From the NCBI GenBank assembly GCA_938048785.1, contig CALIUJ010000109.1, forward strand, positions 1-42,106: a stretch of 42,106 bases of DNA. Direction: 5' to 3'. The notes beneath the pieces are model-generated. The model saw nothing but the letters and a program-made list of their open reading frames with translations, was not told where the DNA came from and made no database searches. How positions within the stretch are numbered: position 1 is the first letter of the stretch; each line of letters opens with the position of its first letter. A program made the position numbers and the translations under genes. The stretch comes from an uncultured Archaeoglobaceae archaeon. GTDB taxonomy: Archaea > Halobacteriota > Archaeoglobi > Archaeoglobales > Archaeoglobaceae. Positions 19,432-28,576 of this stretch are shown here, in pieces.

Positions 19432-20281
19432 TTTTTAATCTCCTCGCGATCTCCTTTGCCTCTTCGATCGAGTGCTTCGAAATCTTCTCCTCCACCTTGA
19501 TGTATTTTTCTGCGAGAACTTCGCATATAACCTTAACTTTTTCTCCGCACACCTTTGCATAAACTCCGAAGGGCACAGCGCAACCGAAGCCAAGTTCTCT
19601 TGCGATCAATCTTTCCACTTGAGACTCTATCCAAGTTTCTTCATCGTTTAAAAACGAAACAAGGTCTTCTTCCCCAACTCTTGTCGCGACCGCGATGATC
19701 CCTTGGTTCGGCGGTGGCACTATGACTTCGGGTGGGAAACTCTGGTAATCTATTTCCAAACCCAACCTCTTGATTCCAGCTTCTGCAACTATTATCGCAT
19801 CGTAAAGACCATTTTTGAGCTTTCTAATCCTTGTATCGAGGTTTCCACGCAAATTCTCAAACCTAATATCGCCTCTAAGCCTTGAGAACTGCGCTCTTCT
19901 CCTTAAACTCGAAGTTCCGACTAATGCGTTGCTCTTGAGCTCTTCGAACTTCTTGCAATCTCTAAAGATCATGGCATCGCAGGGGCTGTCTCTTTTTAGC
20001 ACCGCAGAGATCTTCGTTCCTTCGACGCGTTGGGTCGGGACATCTTTGTAGCTGTGCACCGCTACATCTATTTCTCCGCTTGCAAGCGCTAAGTCGATCT
20101 CCCTAACAAACGCTCCAACTCCTTTGAACTCGTGGAGCGGTTTATCCTTCATTATGTCTCCTTTTGTCTTTATTATCCTTAGCTCTACCTCGTATCCTTT
20201 TTTTTCGAGCTTTTCAACGACAAGCTTTGCCTGGGCAAGTGCTAACTTGCTACCTCTCGTTCCTACTCTTATCATACGCAT
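19421..20281 (-). CDS. hemC: Porphobilinogen deaminase (hydroxymethylbilane synthase)
   Basis: 'IRVGTRGSKLALAQA', 'IKTKGD', 'AVHSYKDVP', 'GTSSLRRRAQ' and 'LRGNLDTRIRKL'. Confidence 0.92.
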   Translation of the reverse strand: MRMIRVGTRGSKLALAQAKLVVEKLEKKGYEVELRIIKTKGDIMKDKPLHEFKGVGAFVREIDLALASGEIDVAVHSYKDVPTQRVEGTKISAVLKRDSPCDAMIFRDCKKFEELKSNALVGTSSLRRRAQFSRLRGDIRFENLRGNLDTRIRKLKNGLYDAIIVAEAGIKRLGLEIDYQSFPPEVIVPPPNQGIIAVATRVGEEDLVSFLNDEETWIESQVERLIARELGFGCAVPFGVYAKVCGEKVKVICEVLAEKYIKVEEKISKHSIEEAKEIARRLKNER

Positions 20282-21512
20282 CGATTATCGCATCAATCGT
20301 TTTCGCAACGTCTTCTTTGCTGTGCGCATGACTCATGAAACAAACTTCGAACTGCGAAGGTGGGAAGTAAATGCCTTTTTCGAGCAATCTCCAGAAAAAG
20401 CGCATAAAAGCGTCTTTGTTCAACCTCAATGCCTCTGAGTAATTTCGCGGAATTTCTCCAAAGTATACGCAAAACATCGAAGAAATTTGTGCACTCTCAA
20501 CACCTTGATCCTTTAGCGCCTTAAATAATTCCTCCGCCTTTTTTGAAGTCTTTTCTACGACCTTTTCCCTTTCTAAGATCTTGACAGTTGCGTAGCCAGC
20601 GAGCAAGCTAATTGGATTTCCGCTAAAGGTCCCAGCTTGATAAACGTTTCCAGAAGGGGCTACAAGTTCCATTATCTCTCTTCTACCGCCGTATATTCCG
20701 ATTGGAAATCCACCACCTGCAATCTTACCCAGCGTCGTTATATCCGCCTTTACTCCATAGAATTCCTGGGCTCCGCCCATTGCCAATCGAAAACCTGTGA
20801 TTATTTCATCGAAGATCAAAAGCACGTCGTTCTCGTTCGTTATCTTTCTAACTTCTTTCAAGTAATCCTCTTTTGGGGTTATCAGCGAGGCGTTTGCCAT
20901 CACGGGTTCCATTATTACCGCTGAAACGTCTTTGTTCTTTTCAAGAACTTCTGAAAGTGTTTCGGTATCGTTGTATGGAACCTGCAACGTGTTTTTAACG
21001 AAATCCGTTGGAACACCAGCGGAGTTTGGTATCCCAAAAGTCGTTGCACCGCTTCCAGCCTTTACGAGCACCGCTTCATGTGACCCGTGAAAGCTACCTT
21101 CGATCTTTACGATCTTTTCTTTTCCCGTAAAACCTCTTGCAACTCTTAGCGCAGACATCGTTGCTTCGCTTCCAGTGTTTACAAATCTGAGCATCTCCAT
21201 AGATGGAAAGTGTTTTCTTATCAACTTTGCATACTCAACTTCGAGCTCGATCGGAGTTCCGTAGATCCAACCTTCTTCTATCTTCTTTTTGATCTCTTCT
21301 TTGACCTCTTCATTTGCATGTCCAAGAATGAGTGCTCCAAAAGCCATGCAGTAATCGATGAACTCGTTGCCATCTACGTCGTAAATCCTTGAGCCTTTTG
21401 CCTTCGCAACGTAAATTGGATGTGGTTTAAAAGCTCTCACTGGACTGCTAACACCGCCTGGCATCAGATCGATTGCTTCGCGGTAGAGTTGCCTTGACTT
21501 CTCGGATTTCAT
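20250..21512 (-). CDS. hemL: Glutamate-1-semialdehyde 2,1-aminomutase
   Basis: 'MPGGVSSPVRAF', 'GSEATMSALRVARG', 'DEIITGFR' and the PLP-Lys region 'ADITTLGKIAGGGFP'. Its 3' end overlaps the hemC start by 32 nt. Confidence 0.95.
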   Translation of the reverse strand: MKSEKSRQLYREAIDLMPGGVSSPVRAFKPHPIYVAKAKGSRIYDVDGNEFIDYCMAFGALILGHANEEVKEEIKKKIEEGWIYGTPIELEVEYAKLIRKHFPSMEMLRFVNTGSEATMSALRVARGFTGKEKIVKIEGSFHGSHEAVLVKAGSGATTFGIPNSAGVPTDFVKNTLQVPYNDTETLSEVLEKNKDVSAVIMEPVMANASLITPKEDYLKEVRKITNENDVLLIFDEIITGFRLAMGGAQEFYGVKADITTLGKIAGGGFPIGIYGGRREIMELVAPSGNVYQAGTFSGNPISLLAGYATVKILEREKVVEKTSKKAEELFKALKDQGVESAQISSMFCVYFGEIPRNYSEALRLNKDAFMRFFWRLLEKGIYFPPSQFEVCFMSHAHSKEDVAKTIDAIIDAYDKSRNER

Positions 21513-21593
21513 AAAGCTCGTGGAGTTTCGATTTTAAATTCTTTGCTAAGAATTGGACAAAAAGCTTATCATTTAGTTTGAGACTTTTGCCTG

Positions 21594-22556
21594 ATGGTAG
21601 AGGAGGAGATACTCGAGATACTCAGCGAGTTTGGACCGCTTAGTTCTCAAGAAATCGAGAAAGAGTTGCAGGGTCGAGGCTTCGAAATAAAATCGAGAAC
21701 GGTGAGATATCATCTGAAAAAGTTGGAGATAAATGGTTTTGTGAGTAAAAACGACCAAGGGAGATCGCAAATAACTGCAAAAGGCATCGAACTTCTTCGG
21801 GGACTAAAGACATTTGAGAGGCTCGGAGAGTTCACGGAGAGAATTGAGCTCAACGTATACTCGTGCGACTTCGACATCCTTAGGATGAAGGGCAAGGTTC
21901 CAACAAATGTTGCTTATATAAAAAAAGATAATTTTGAGAAGTGCATTCGAATCCTTGAAGAGATGGAGAATTTTCCGTTCTTGATCCACCGAGGAGTTTT
22001 CATTGCAGAAGAAGGCGAGGATTTGAATGGGAAAATTGTTCCTCAAGGATCCTTTGCGATTGTTACGATTTCAAACACGATATACGATGTTTTGCTAAGA
22101 TCTGCAGGTGTCAACACTTACCCCGAGTTTTCAGCCTTGGTTGGTGTCGAAAAAATGGTTCCAAAGAGAATTTTGGAATTGATAAGCTACGCAGGAACAA
22201 CTATGAGCCCAGGATGGCTCCTCCTTCGCTCGAGATTGACATCGGTCAGCTCAATTCTAAAAACTGGGGACGGTGTCATAATCTCTGCGGTTAGGAGCTT
22301 TAGCAGATACGCCATAGACATAGTTGTTCGAAACGTTGAACTTGCGAGCTCCAAGGGTTTTGGTGGTGTCCTTGCGATTCTCCACCCATCCGACAAACGC
22401 TTTAGCCTTCCAACTGGTAAAAGGGCGAGATTATTCGTTAGCGCTGGGCTAAATCACTTGGCACCAATCCACGAGATGGGTGTTGAGATGGACGTGAGGG
22501 TGAACGAAATTCCCCTCGAGTTCTCAAAGTTCAAGCCTATTAGCAATATTAAATAA
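21594..22556 (+). CDS. NrpR-like regulator (winged HTH plus a single DUF128/NRD domain)
   Basis: N-terminal wHTH ('SSQEIEKELQGRGFEIKSRTVRYHLKKLEINGFV') followed by one DUF128-like domain of about 240 aa. Its size fits the short, single-NRD NrpR homologues. Confidence 0.7.
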   Translation: MVEEEILEILSEFGPLSSQEIEKELQGRGFEIKSRTVRYHLKKLEINGFVSKNDQGRSQITAKGIELLRGLKTFERLGEFTERIELNVYSCDFDILRMKGKVPTNVAYIKKDNFEKCIRILEEMENFPFLIHRGVFIAEEGEDLNGKIVPQGSFAIVTISNTIYDVLLRSAGVNTYPEFSALVGVEKMVPKRILELISYAGTTMSPGWLLLRSRLTSVSSILKTGDGVIISAVRSFSRYAIDIVVRNVELASSKGFGGVLAILHPSDKRFSLPTGKRARLFVSAGLNHLAPIHEMGVEMDVRVNEIPLEFSKFKPISNIK

Positions 22557-22588
22557 TTAATCTATTTGGCAATGCACTTCCAAAAAGC

Positions 22589-22596
22589 TTAAATAT
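22589..22596 (+). promoter_or_regulatory. TATA box (TTAAATAT) for the TAXI-TRAP operon
   Basis: Centred about 25 nt upstream of ATG 22617, which predicts a leaderless transcript. Confidence 0.45.
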
Positions 22597-22616
22597 TAGA
22601 AAATGAAAAATGGAAT

Positions 22617-23651
22617 ATGGTGAAAGTTAGGGTGCTGGTGTTCTTAGCTCTGCTCGCAATAGCCATCGTTTTGTCTGGTTGTCAGCAACCTTCTCCACCA
22701 GCTACTCCGACACCAACTCCAACGCCGGTAACACAAGCACCTTCTTCGATTACTATCGCTTCTGGAACCGTAGGTGGCGTTTACATCTACTATTGCTCTG
22801 GACTTGCATCGATTTATTCGAAATACCTCAACGTAAGCGCAAACGCCGTGCAAACGAAGGCGAGCGTCGACAACTTGCTTTACGTCTACAAATCCCCATC
22901 TGATACGATTGGAATAGCTCTGATAAAAAGCGTCGACGACGCTTGGACTGGAAAACTCGCTGCATTTGAGAACAAGTCTCAAAACTGGATTAGAGTGCTT
23001 TGGGTTCCATACTCCACGCCTATACACATAGTGACAAGAGCGGATAGTGGTATAAAGACGGTTTACGATCTAAAGGGAAAAAGAGTCTCAACGAGTGCGC
23101 CGGGAAGCGGAACGGAAGTTGATGCTTTTGCAATTTTAAGCGCTGCCGGAATCGACCCATCGAAGGACTTTACAGTTTGGCAAAGGATCGGAGCTAAGGA
23201 ATCCGCGGATGCGTTGCTTGATGATAAGATCGATGCATACTTCTGGAGCGGAACAATTCCGACTGCATCGGTTTCAGAGCTTGCGACGAATCTAAAGCAG
23301 AGAGGAAAACAGATAGCGTTTGTCGAAGTTCCAAACGATGTTGTGAAGAAGCTCAACGAAATGTATCCCGGGCTCTACGTTCCAGATGTTATGAAAAAAG
23401 AGTTCTATGGCTCACCAGCGGATGTGCAAACAGTTTCAACTTTGAACGTGATTTTCTGCCACAAGGATTTGCCAGAGGAGTTCGTTTACAAACTCGTTAA
23501 AACCACGTTCGAACATCTCGACGAACTATACGCTGTGCATCCAGCTGCAAAGCAGACAACGCTCGAAAATGCTGTAGTCTACAAGGGCAACGTCCCATAC
23601 CATCCGGGGGCGATAAAGTTCTTCAAGGAGAAGGGAGTCTGGAAAGAATGA
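22617..23651 (+). CDS. TAXI-family TRAP transporter solute-binding lipoprotein
   Basis: Lipobox 'VLSGC', a Pro/Thr linker 'PPATPTPTPTP', then TAXI-like 'GTVGGVYIYY', 'GSGTEV' and 'VPYHPGAIKFFKEKG'. Confidence 0.85.
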   Translation: MVKVRVLVFLALLAIAIVLSGCQQPSPPATPTPTPTPVTQAPSSITIASGTVGGVYIYYCSGLASIYSKYLNVSANAVQTKASVDNLLYVYKSPSDTIGIALIKSVDDAWTGKLAAFENKSQNWIRVLWVPYSTPIHIVTRADSGIKTVYDLKGKRVSTSAPGSGTEVDAFAILSAAGIDPSKDFTVWQRIGAKESADALLDDKIDAYFWSGTIPTASVSELATNLKQRGKQIAFVEVPNDVVKKLNEMYPGLYVPDVMKKEFYGSPADVQTVSTLNVIFCHKDLPEEFVYKLVKTTFEHLDELYAVHPAAKQTTLENAVVYKGNVPYHPGAIKFFKEKGVWKE

Positions 23652-24043
23652 GATTAGCAATTTTTTTGCTATTCTTACCTTTTTTTGTCTCGGAGATTCA
23701 AGAATCTGCGATTTGCGTCGAAGAAATCGAATCTGGAGAAACTGCGAAGTTCTTCGTTTTTGAATTCCTACTCGAGTTTAAGCACTCGATTTATGGAGGT
23801 AGTGTTATGCTCAATTGCAAAGTTGCGGATAAAAAAATCGTGATCCTAAGTTTGGAGAGCGATGATGAGGCATCTATTTCTTACTACACGGATCGCTACG
23901 AACGCATCGGAAACAGATTTGTTGCGGAAATCGATGAAAAGTTGAACGCGATAATATTAAACGATGGCTGGAGAGTAAAGATTCAGGGTAGCGAATTTGA
24001 AACAAGATCTCCAATCAAGATCTCTCCCTGCATGGGTGGTTGA
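23648..24043 (+). CDS. DUF1850-domain protein (common TAXI-TRAP accessory gene)
   Basis: Small protein with an N-terminal hydrophobic segment and 'FKHSIYGGSV'. It has a 4-nt overlap upstream and directly abuts the permease ATG. Confidence 0.65.
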   Translation: MRLAIFLLFLPFFVSEIQESAICVEEIESGETAKFFVFEFLLEFKHSIYGGSVMLNCKVADKKIVILSLESDDEASISYYTDRYERIGNRFVAEIDEKLNAIILNDGWRVKIQGSEFETRSPIKISPCMGG

Positions 24044-26074
24044 ATGAGTTTCGCAAAGTTTTTCGGAGGTTTTCTGGCGTTTTACAGCATCTTTATCTTT
24101 TTCTACCCTTATTTCATACCTTATCTGATTTGGTTACCCGCAGAAATTCGATACTGCTTCGATCAGGTGCATTTGATAAGAGGAATTCACCTAATGCTAT
24201 GCATTGGAGCGCTCGGTTTCATGGCGTATGGGAAAAAAACAAGCCTTACGAGCAACTTGATTCTTTCAGCACTGTCCCTGCCTTGTGCCCTTATTCTTGC
24301 AGTCACGGTAAAAGACCTTCTCGTTTCCTCTCTTATCCTCTTGCTTTGGTTCTCTACTTTTCCACTCGACGCAGTCCTTGGATTTTTTAAGAAAAGAGTC
24401 GACTGGAAGTTCGTGCTACTGTTGCTCTACATCCCCGCAACCCTATACTTGATAGTGGACTACGAGAAAATACTCTACAGAGTAGTTTTTCCAACGAGTC
24501 TCGACGTCTTAGTTGGCTGGACAATGATTCTGCTTCTTCTATACGCTACGAACGTAAAAATAGGCTGGCCTTTACCTGCAATAGTTCTTGTATTCATCCT
24601 ATACACTCTCTTTGGGAGCAACGTTCCACCACCGATAGGACACAATTTCCGTGACATTCCCTTGGCGATCGGAAAGAGCTGGATGGAAACCGAAGCGGGG
24701 ATCTTCGGTCTCCCCCTCGGAGTTTCTGCGAAGTACATAGTTTACTTCACGATCCTTGCAGGTGTTCTGCAGGCGATCGGAATAACGAAGTTCATCTCGG
24801 ATCTGTCATCCGCTTTTCTCGGCAAGTCTCCACAAGGTGTTGGTAGGGCTACGACTGTTTACTCTGCGATAATGGGAATGGTTTCTGGTTCTGGTGTTGC
24901 GATAACAACAACTGTGACCACTACGATGCTCTCTTCTTTCAAAAGAGCTGGTTACGATGAAAAATTTGCTTCCGCCTTTATGGCTGGAACAGGCACCGCA
25001 GCTTTGATAACACCACCAATTCTCGGCGCGGCTGCGTTTATCATGATGGAGGTCATGGGAATAGATTACAAGACTCTGATAATAATGACAATTCTCCCCG
25101 CGGTTCTCTATTACCTTTCGCTTCAGATCTACCTCGAGCTTTATACGAAGAAAATAGGGCTTAAGGAGCAATTAGAAGTAAAGAAAAAGAGCAAAAAGGA
25201 AGTTTTGAAAGAAATCTACCTTCTTTCACCGATTGTGCTTTTGATCCTTATGATTTTCCAAGGTTACACGATCGCAACGTCTGTGATAAGTGCAACTTTT
25301 TTAGCGGTTGCGATCGGAGTTCTAAGAAAAGCAAAGCTCTCAGAAATTGCCAAAGGTTTTAGCAACGGAGCATTAGATGTTATACCCGTAGCCCTTGCAA
25401 CCGCTTGTGCGGGCATGATATTACACTCGCTATTGGTCACTGGGCTTGGAATGAAGATCGAGGAAATCGTGCGCTTTGTCAGCGCGGGTAATTACTACAT
25501 AACTTTGCTCCTTCTCGCAATCTTCACACTAATCCTTGGCATGGGCGTGCCACCAACAGCGTCTTATGTCATAGTTTCAGCTCTCGTTATTCCAGCTGCG
25601 ATCAAGCTCGCGGTTTTGAACGGTTTTCCCGAAAGCATCGCGCATTACAGCGTGCACGTCTTTGCATTTTACTACGCGGTTCTCGCGGACGTAACTCCAC
25701 CAGTTGCTCTCGCAGCTTATGCAGCAGCTTCGATCGCCGGATTGAATCCGCTGAGAGTTGCGGTTTTAGCTGCGAAGATAGCGATTATAAAATACCTGAT
25801 CGCCTTCACGTTCGTTTTAGCCCCCGTAGGAGCGGCGTTGCTGATAGTTCCGTATATCGATTCTCCTTTCGAGATACTCCTACGAACGTTCTTTGTCATC
25901 GTCGCAATTGTTGCTATAAACAGTGCCACGGTTGGTTTCTTCAGAAAGAATTTGAATTATGCGAAAAGAGCAATTCTTTTCTTCGCGGGATTGCTTTTAA
26001 TAGCTCCATTCGCAATCACAAACGTTCTTGGGTTGATTTTAACTGCAATTGTGCTTGGACTTGAATTCCGTTAA
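24044..26074 (+). CDS. TRAP transporter fused permease (DctQ-like plus DctM-like, TAXI-associated type)
   Basis: 676-aa polytopic membrane protein directly downstream of the TAXI receptor. It has multiple predicted TM helices and Gly/Ala-rich segments typical of DctM. Confidence 0.85.
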   Translation: MSFAKFFGGFLAFYSIFIFFYPYFIPYLIWLPAEIRYCFDQVHLIRGIHLMLCIGALGFMAYGKKTSLTSNLILSALSLPCALILAVTVKDLLVSSLILLLWFSTFPLDAVLGFFKKRVDWKFVLLLLYIPATLYLIVDYEKILYRVVFPTSLDVLVGWTMILLLLYATNVKIGWPLPAIVLVFILYTLFGSNVPPPIGHNFRDIPLAIGKSWMETEAGIFGLPLGVSAKYIVYFTILAGVLQAIGITKFISDLSSAFLGKSPQGVGRATTVYSAIMGMVSGSGVAITTTVTTTMLSSFKRAGYDEKFASAFMAGTGTAALITPPILGAAAFIMMEVMGIDYKTLIIMTILPAVLYYLSLQIYLELYTKKIGLKEQLEVKKKSKKEVLKEIYLLSPIVLLILMIFQGYTIATSVISATFLAVAIGVLRKAKLSEIAKGFSNGALDVIPVALATACAGMILHSLLVTGLGMKIEEIVRFVSAGNYYITLLLLAIFTLILGMGVPPTASYVIVSALVIPAAIKLAVLNGFPESIAHYSVHVFAFYYAVLADVTPPVALAAYAAASIAGLNPLRVAVLAAKIAIIKYLIAFTFVLAPVGAALLIVPYIDSPFEILLRTFFVIVAIVAINSATVGFFRKNLNYAKRAILFFAGLLLIAPFAITNVLGLILTAIVLGLEFR

Positions 26075-26104
26075 TTTATTTTTTGGTTATTGATTGCCGA
26101 AAAA

Positions 26105-26112
26105 TTTATTTA
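26105..26112 (+). promoter_or_regulatory. TATA-like box (TTTATTTA) for the acyl-CoA dehydrogenase/CoA-transferase pair
   Basis: About 35 nt upstream of ATG 26143. It is followed by the inverted repeat ACCAA-N7-TTGGT at 26120-26136. Confidence 0.4.
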
Positions 26113-26142
26113 TGACTTTACCAATGGTCTTTTGGTGGGAGC

Positions 26143-27327
26143 ATGTTTAGAGGGGTTGATTTCTACAACATAGACGAGCTTCTAACAGAAGAGGAACGCC
26201 TCGTGAGGAGTTCGGTTAGAGAATTCTTAGAAAAAGAGATTGCACCGTTGATCGCAGACGCTTGGCATAAGGAAGAACCGGTGAATTTCAGAGAAGTTGG
26301 TAAAAAATTCGGAGAACTCGGCATGCTCGGTGCCTTCATCCCAGAGGAATACGGATGCCCAGGGATGAACTACACGAGCTTTGGTTTGATCTGCCAAGAG
26401 GTGGAAAGAGTTGACAGCGCTCTGCGTAGCTTTGTCGCTGTCACTTCTGGGCTTGTTATGTTTCCAATTTGGAAATATGGTAGTGAAGAACAAAAGAAGA
26501 AATACCTTCCGAAGCTTGCAAAAGGGGAAATAATCGGTTGCTTTGGCATGACCGAGCCAAACGTAGGCAGTGATCCAGCGAGCATGGAAACCACTGCAAG
26601 AAAAGATGGCGACGAGTGGGTTTTGAATGGAACAAAGACTTGGATTAGCGAAGCTGAGATTGCAGACATCGCAATTATCTGGGCAAGAGATGTCTCGGAT
26701 GGAAAGATAAAGGGATTTGTGGTTGAGCGTGGAACAAAGGGCTTCAAACAATCAGCAATTACGAAAAAAGGCTCGATGCGCGCTGGTGATGTAGGAGAAC
26801 TTTATCTGACTGACTGCAGAATTCCTGAAGAGAATAGGTTGCCAAACGCAGTCGGTCTTAGAACTGCGCTGAGCTGTCTCGACCAAGCAAGATTCGGAAT
26901 TTCCTGGGGTGCGATTGGTGCAGCGATGGATTGCTACGAAACCGCTTTAAACTATGCGAAGAACAGAAAGCAGTTCGGAGCTCCAATTGCTTCTTATCAA
27001 CTCGTCCAAGCAAAGCTCGTGGACATGTTCACTGAAATCACAAAGGGACAGCTCGTAGCCTGGCGTTTGGGAAGATTGATGGACCAAGGTAAAGCAACCG
27101 CAGAACAAATATCTTTTGCAAAGAGGAACAACGTTCGTGTAGCGAGATTCTGCGCAAGAACTGCGAGGGAAATACTTGGGGCGAATGGCGTAAGCTTAGA
27201 TTACTCCCCAATAAGACATATGGCAAACATAGAAAGCGTTTACACATATGAAGGAACCGATGACATACACACGCTTATTCTCGGTAGATATATAACTGGG
27301 ATTCAGGCGTTTAGGAGGGAGTTGTGA
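26143..27327 (+). CDS. Acyl-CoA dehydrogenase, glutaryl-CoA dehydrogenase-like
   Basis: 'GCFGMTEPNVGSDPASMET', 'KTWISEA' and C-terminal 'YTYEGTDDIHTLILGRYITG'. The last is the GCDH-type variant of the ACAD C-terminal motif. Confidence 0.88.
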   Translation: MFRGVDFYNIDELLTEEERLVRSSVREFLEKEIAPLIADAWHKEEPVNFREVGKKFGELGMLGAFIPEEYGCPGMNYTSFGLICQEVERVDSALRSFVAVTSGLVMFPIWKYGSEEQKKKYLPKLAKGEIIGCFGMTEPNVGSDPASMETTARKDGDEWVLNGTKTWISEAEIADIAIIWARDVSDGKIKGFVVERGTKGFKQSAITKKGSMRAGDVGELYLTDCRIPEENRLPNAVGLRTALSCLDQARFGISWGAIGAAMDCYETALNYAKNRKQFGAPIASYQLVQAKLVDMFTEITKGQLVAWRLGRLMDQGKATAEQISFAKRNNVRVARFCARTAREILGANGVSLDYSPIRHMANIESVYTYEGTDDIHTLILGRYITGIQAFRREL

Positions 27328-27328
27328 T

Positions 27329-28513
27329 TTGAAACCCTTCGAAGATTTGCTCGTGCTCGAACTTGGGCAAGCAGTCGCGGGTCCTTACATCGGAACCCTG
27401 CTCGGTGATTTAGGTGCGGAAGTCATCCACATAGAGCGCCCTAAGATAGGGGATTTAGCAAGGCACTGGATACCGATTAGAAACGATTTGAGCTTTTACT
27501 TCGCAGTCGTAAATAGGAACAAGAAGTCGATGACGCTCGATCTTAAAAGCAACGAGGGAAGAGAGATTTTTCTTAAACTCGCAGAGAAAGCGGATGTAAT
27601 AGTTGAGAACTTTGTTCCCGGTGTTGTGGATTCGCTCGGAATTGGGTATGAGGTCGTTAGGAAGGTGAATCCCAGGATCATATATTGTCACGTCTCTGGG
27701 TTTGGACAAAACGGCCCTTATCGCGATCGTCCAGCGTTTGATCAGCTTATCCAAGGCGAAGCTGGGATAATAAGTTACACCGGAACTCGTGAAGTTTGTT
27801 GCAAGATAAACGTGCCAATAACGGACATCCTTGCTTCGATGTATGGTGTTTATGCGGTCTTGGCTTCTTTGCTCGCGCGGGAAAAGACTGGAAAAGGAGC
27901 TGAGATCGACATATCGCTTTTCGACTGCGCAGTTACGATGATGACAAATTTGATGAACATGGTGATCGTAGAGGGAATGAGGGATGAAGACCTTCGAATG
28001 GGGACGAAGTATTTCCTCGCAACGCCATATGAGCCGTATCCAGCGGGAGACGGAAAGCTTGTAAACATCGTAGTTGCAACGGAATGGCATTGGGAAGCTT
28101 TTTGCAAAGCGGTTGGACTTGAGAACTTGTTGAACGATGAAAGGTTTAAGACGAATCAACAGAGATTGAAGCATAGGGAAGAGCTTGAAAGGATAATAGT
28201 GGAGAAGCTCAAGGAGAAAAAGCGAGACGAGTGGATAGAGATCCTTCTGAGGGCTGGAGTTCCTTGTGGAGCGGTGAATGATATAGAGGAGGTTTTGGAG
28301 CATCCGCAGACGAAGTTTAGAAATGTAGTTGTAGAAGTAGAATATCCGGGGCTTGGGAAGATAAAGATGTTCAACAATCCCGTTAAGATCTCTGGACACG
28401 AGTTCAAGGTTCAACGTCCTCCAAAGCTCGGAGAGCACACGGAAGAGATTTTGCTGAGCCTTGGATACACGAAAGACGAGCTCGAAAGATTGAGGGCAAA
28501 GAACGTAATCTAA
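27329..28513 (+). CDS. Family III CoA-transferase (CaiB/BaiF/SUGCT-like)
   Basis: 'LVLELGQAVAGPYIGTLLGDLGAEVIHIERP', 'VIVENFVPGV' and 'GFGQNGPYRDRPAFDQLIQGEAG'. It has a TTG start 1 nt after the upstream stop, with AGGAGGGA 9 nt upstream. Confidence 0.88.
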   Translation: MKPFEDLLVLELGQAVAGPYIGTLLGDLGAEVIHIERPKIGDLARHWIPIRNDLSFYFAVVNRNKKSMTLDLKSNEGREIFLKLAEKADVIVENFVPGVVDSLGIGYEVVRKVNPRIIYCHVSGFGQNGPYRDRPAFDQLIQGEAGIISYTGTREVCCKINVPITDILASMYGVYAVLASLLAREKTGKGAEIDISLFDCAVTMMTNLMNMVIVEGMRDEDLRMGTKYFLATPYEPYPAGDGKLVNIVVATEWHWEAFCKAVGLENLLNDERFKTNQQRLKHREELERIIVEKLKEKKRDEWIEILLRAGVPCGAVNDIEEVLEHPQTKFRNVVVEVEYPGLGKIKMFNNPVKISGHEFKVQRPPKLGEHTEEILLSLGYTKDELERLRAKNVI

Positions 28514-28576
28514 TTTTTTTGTAATGTAATTACACTTTGAGAACGCTTATATTCTATGCGATGTAAATCGATATAG

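Noticed and set aside
27455-28438. A 327-aa open frame antisense to the CoA-transferase gene.
   Set aside because: The sense-strand gene has clear family III CoA-transferase motifs over its full length. The antisense translation is low-complexity (rich in R, L, S, Y and H) with no recognisable motif. Such frames stay open when the sense codons TTA, CTA and TCA are rare, so I treat it as a shadow ORF.
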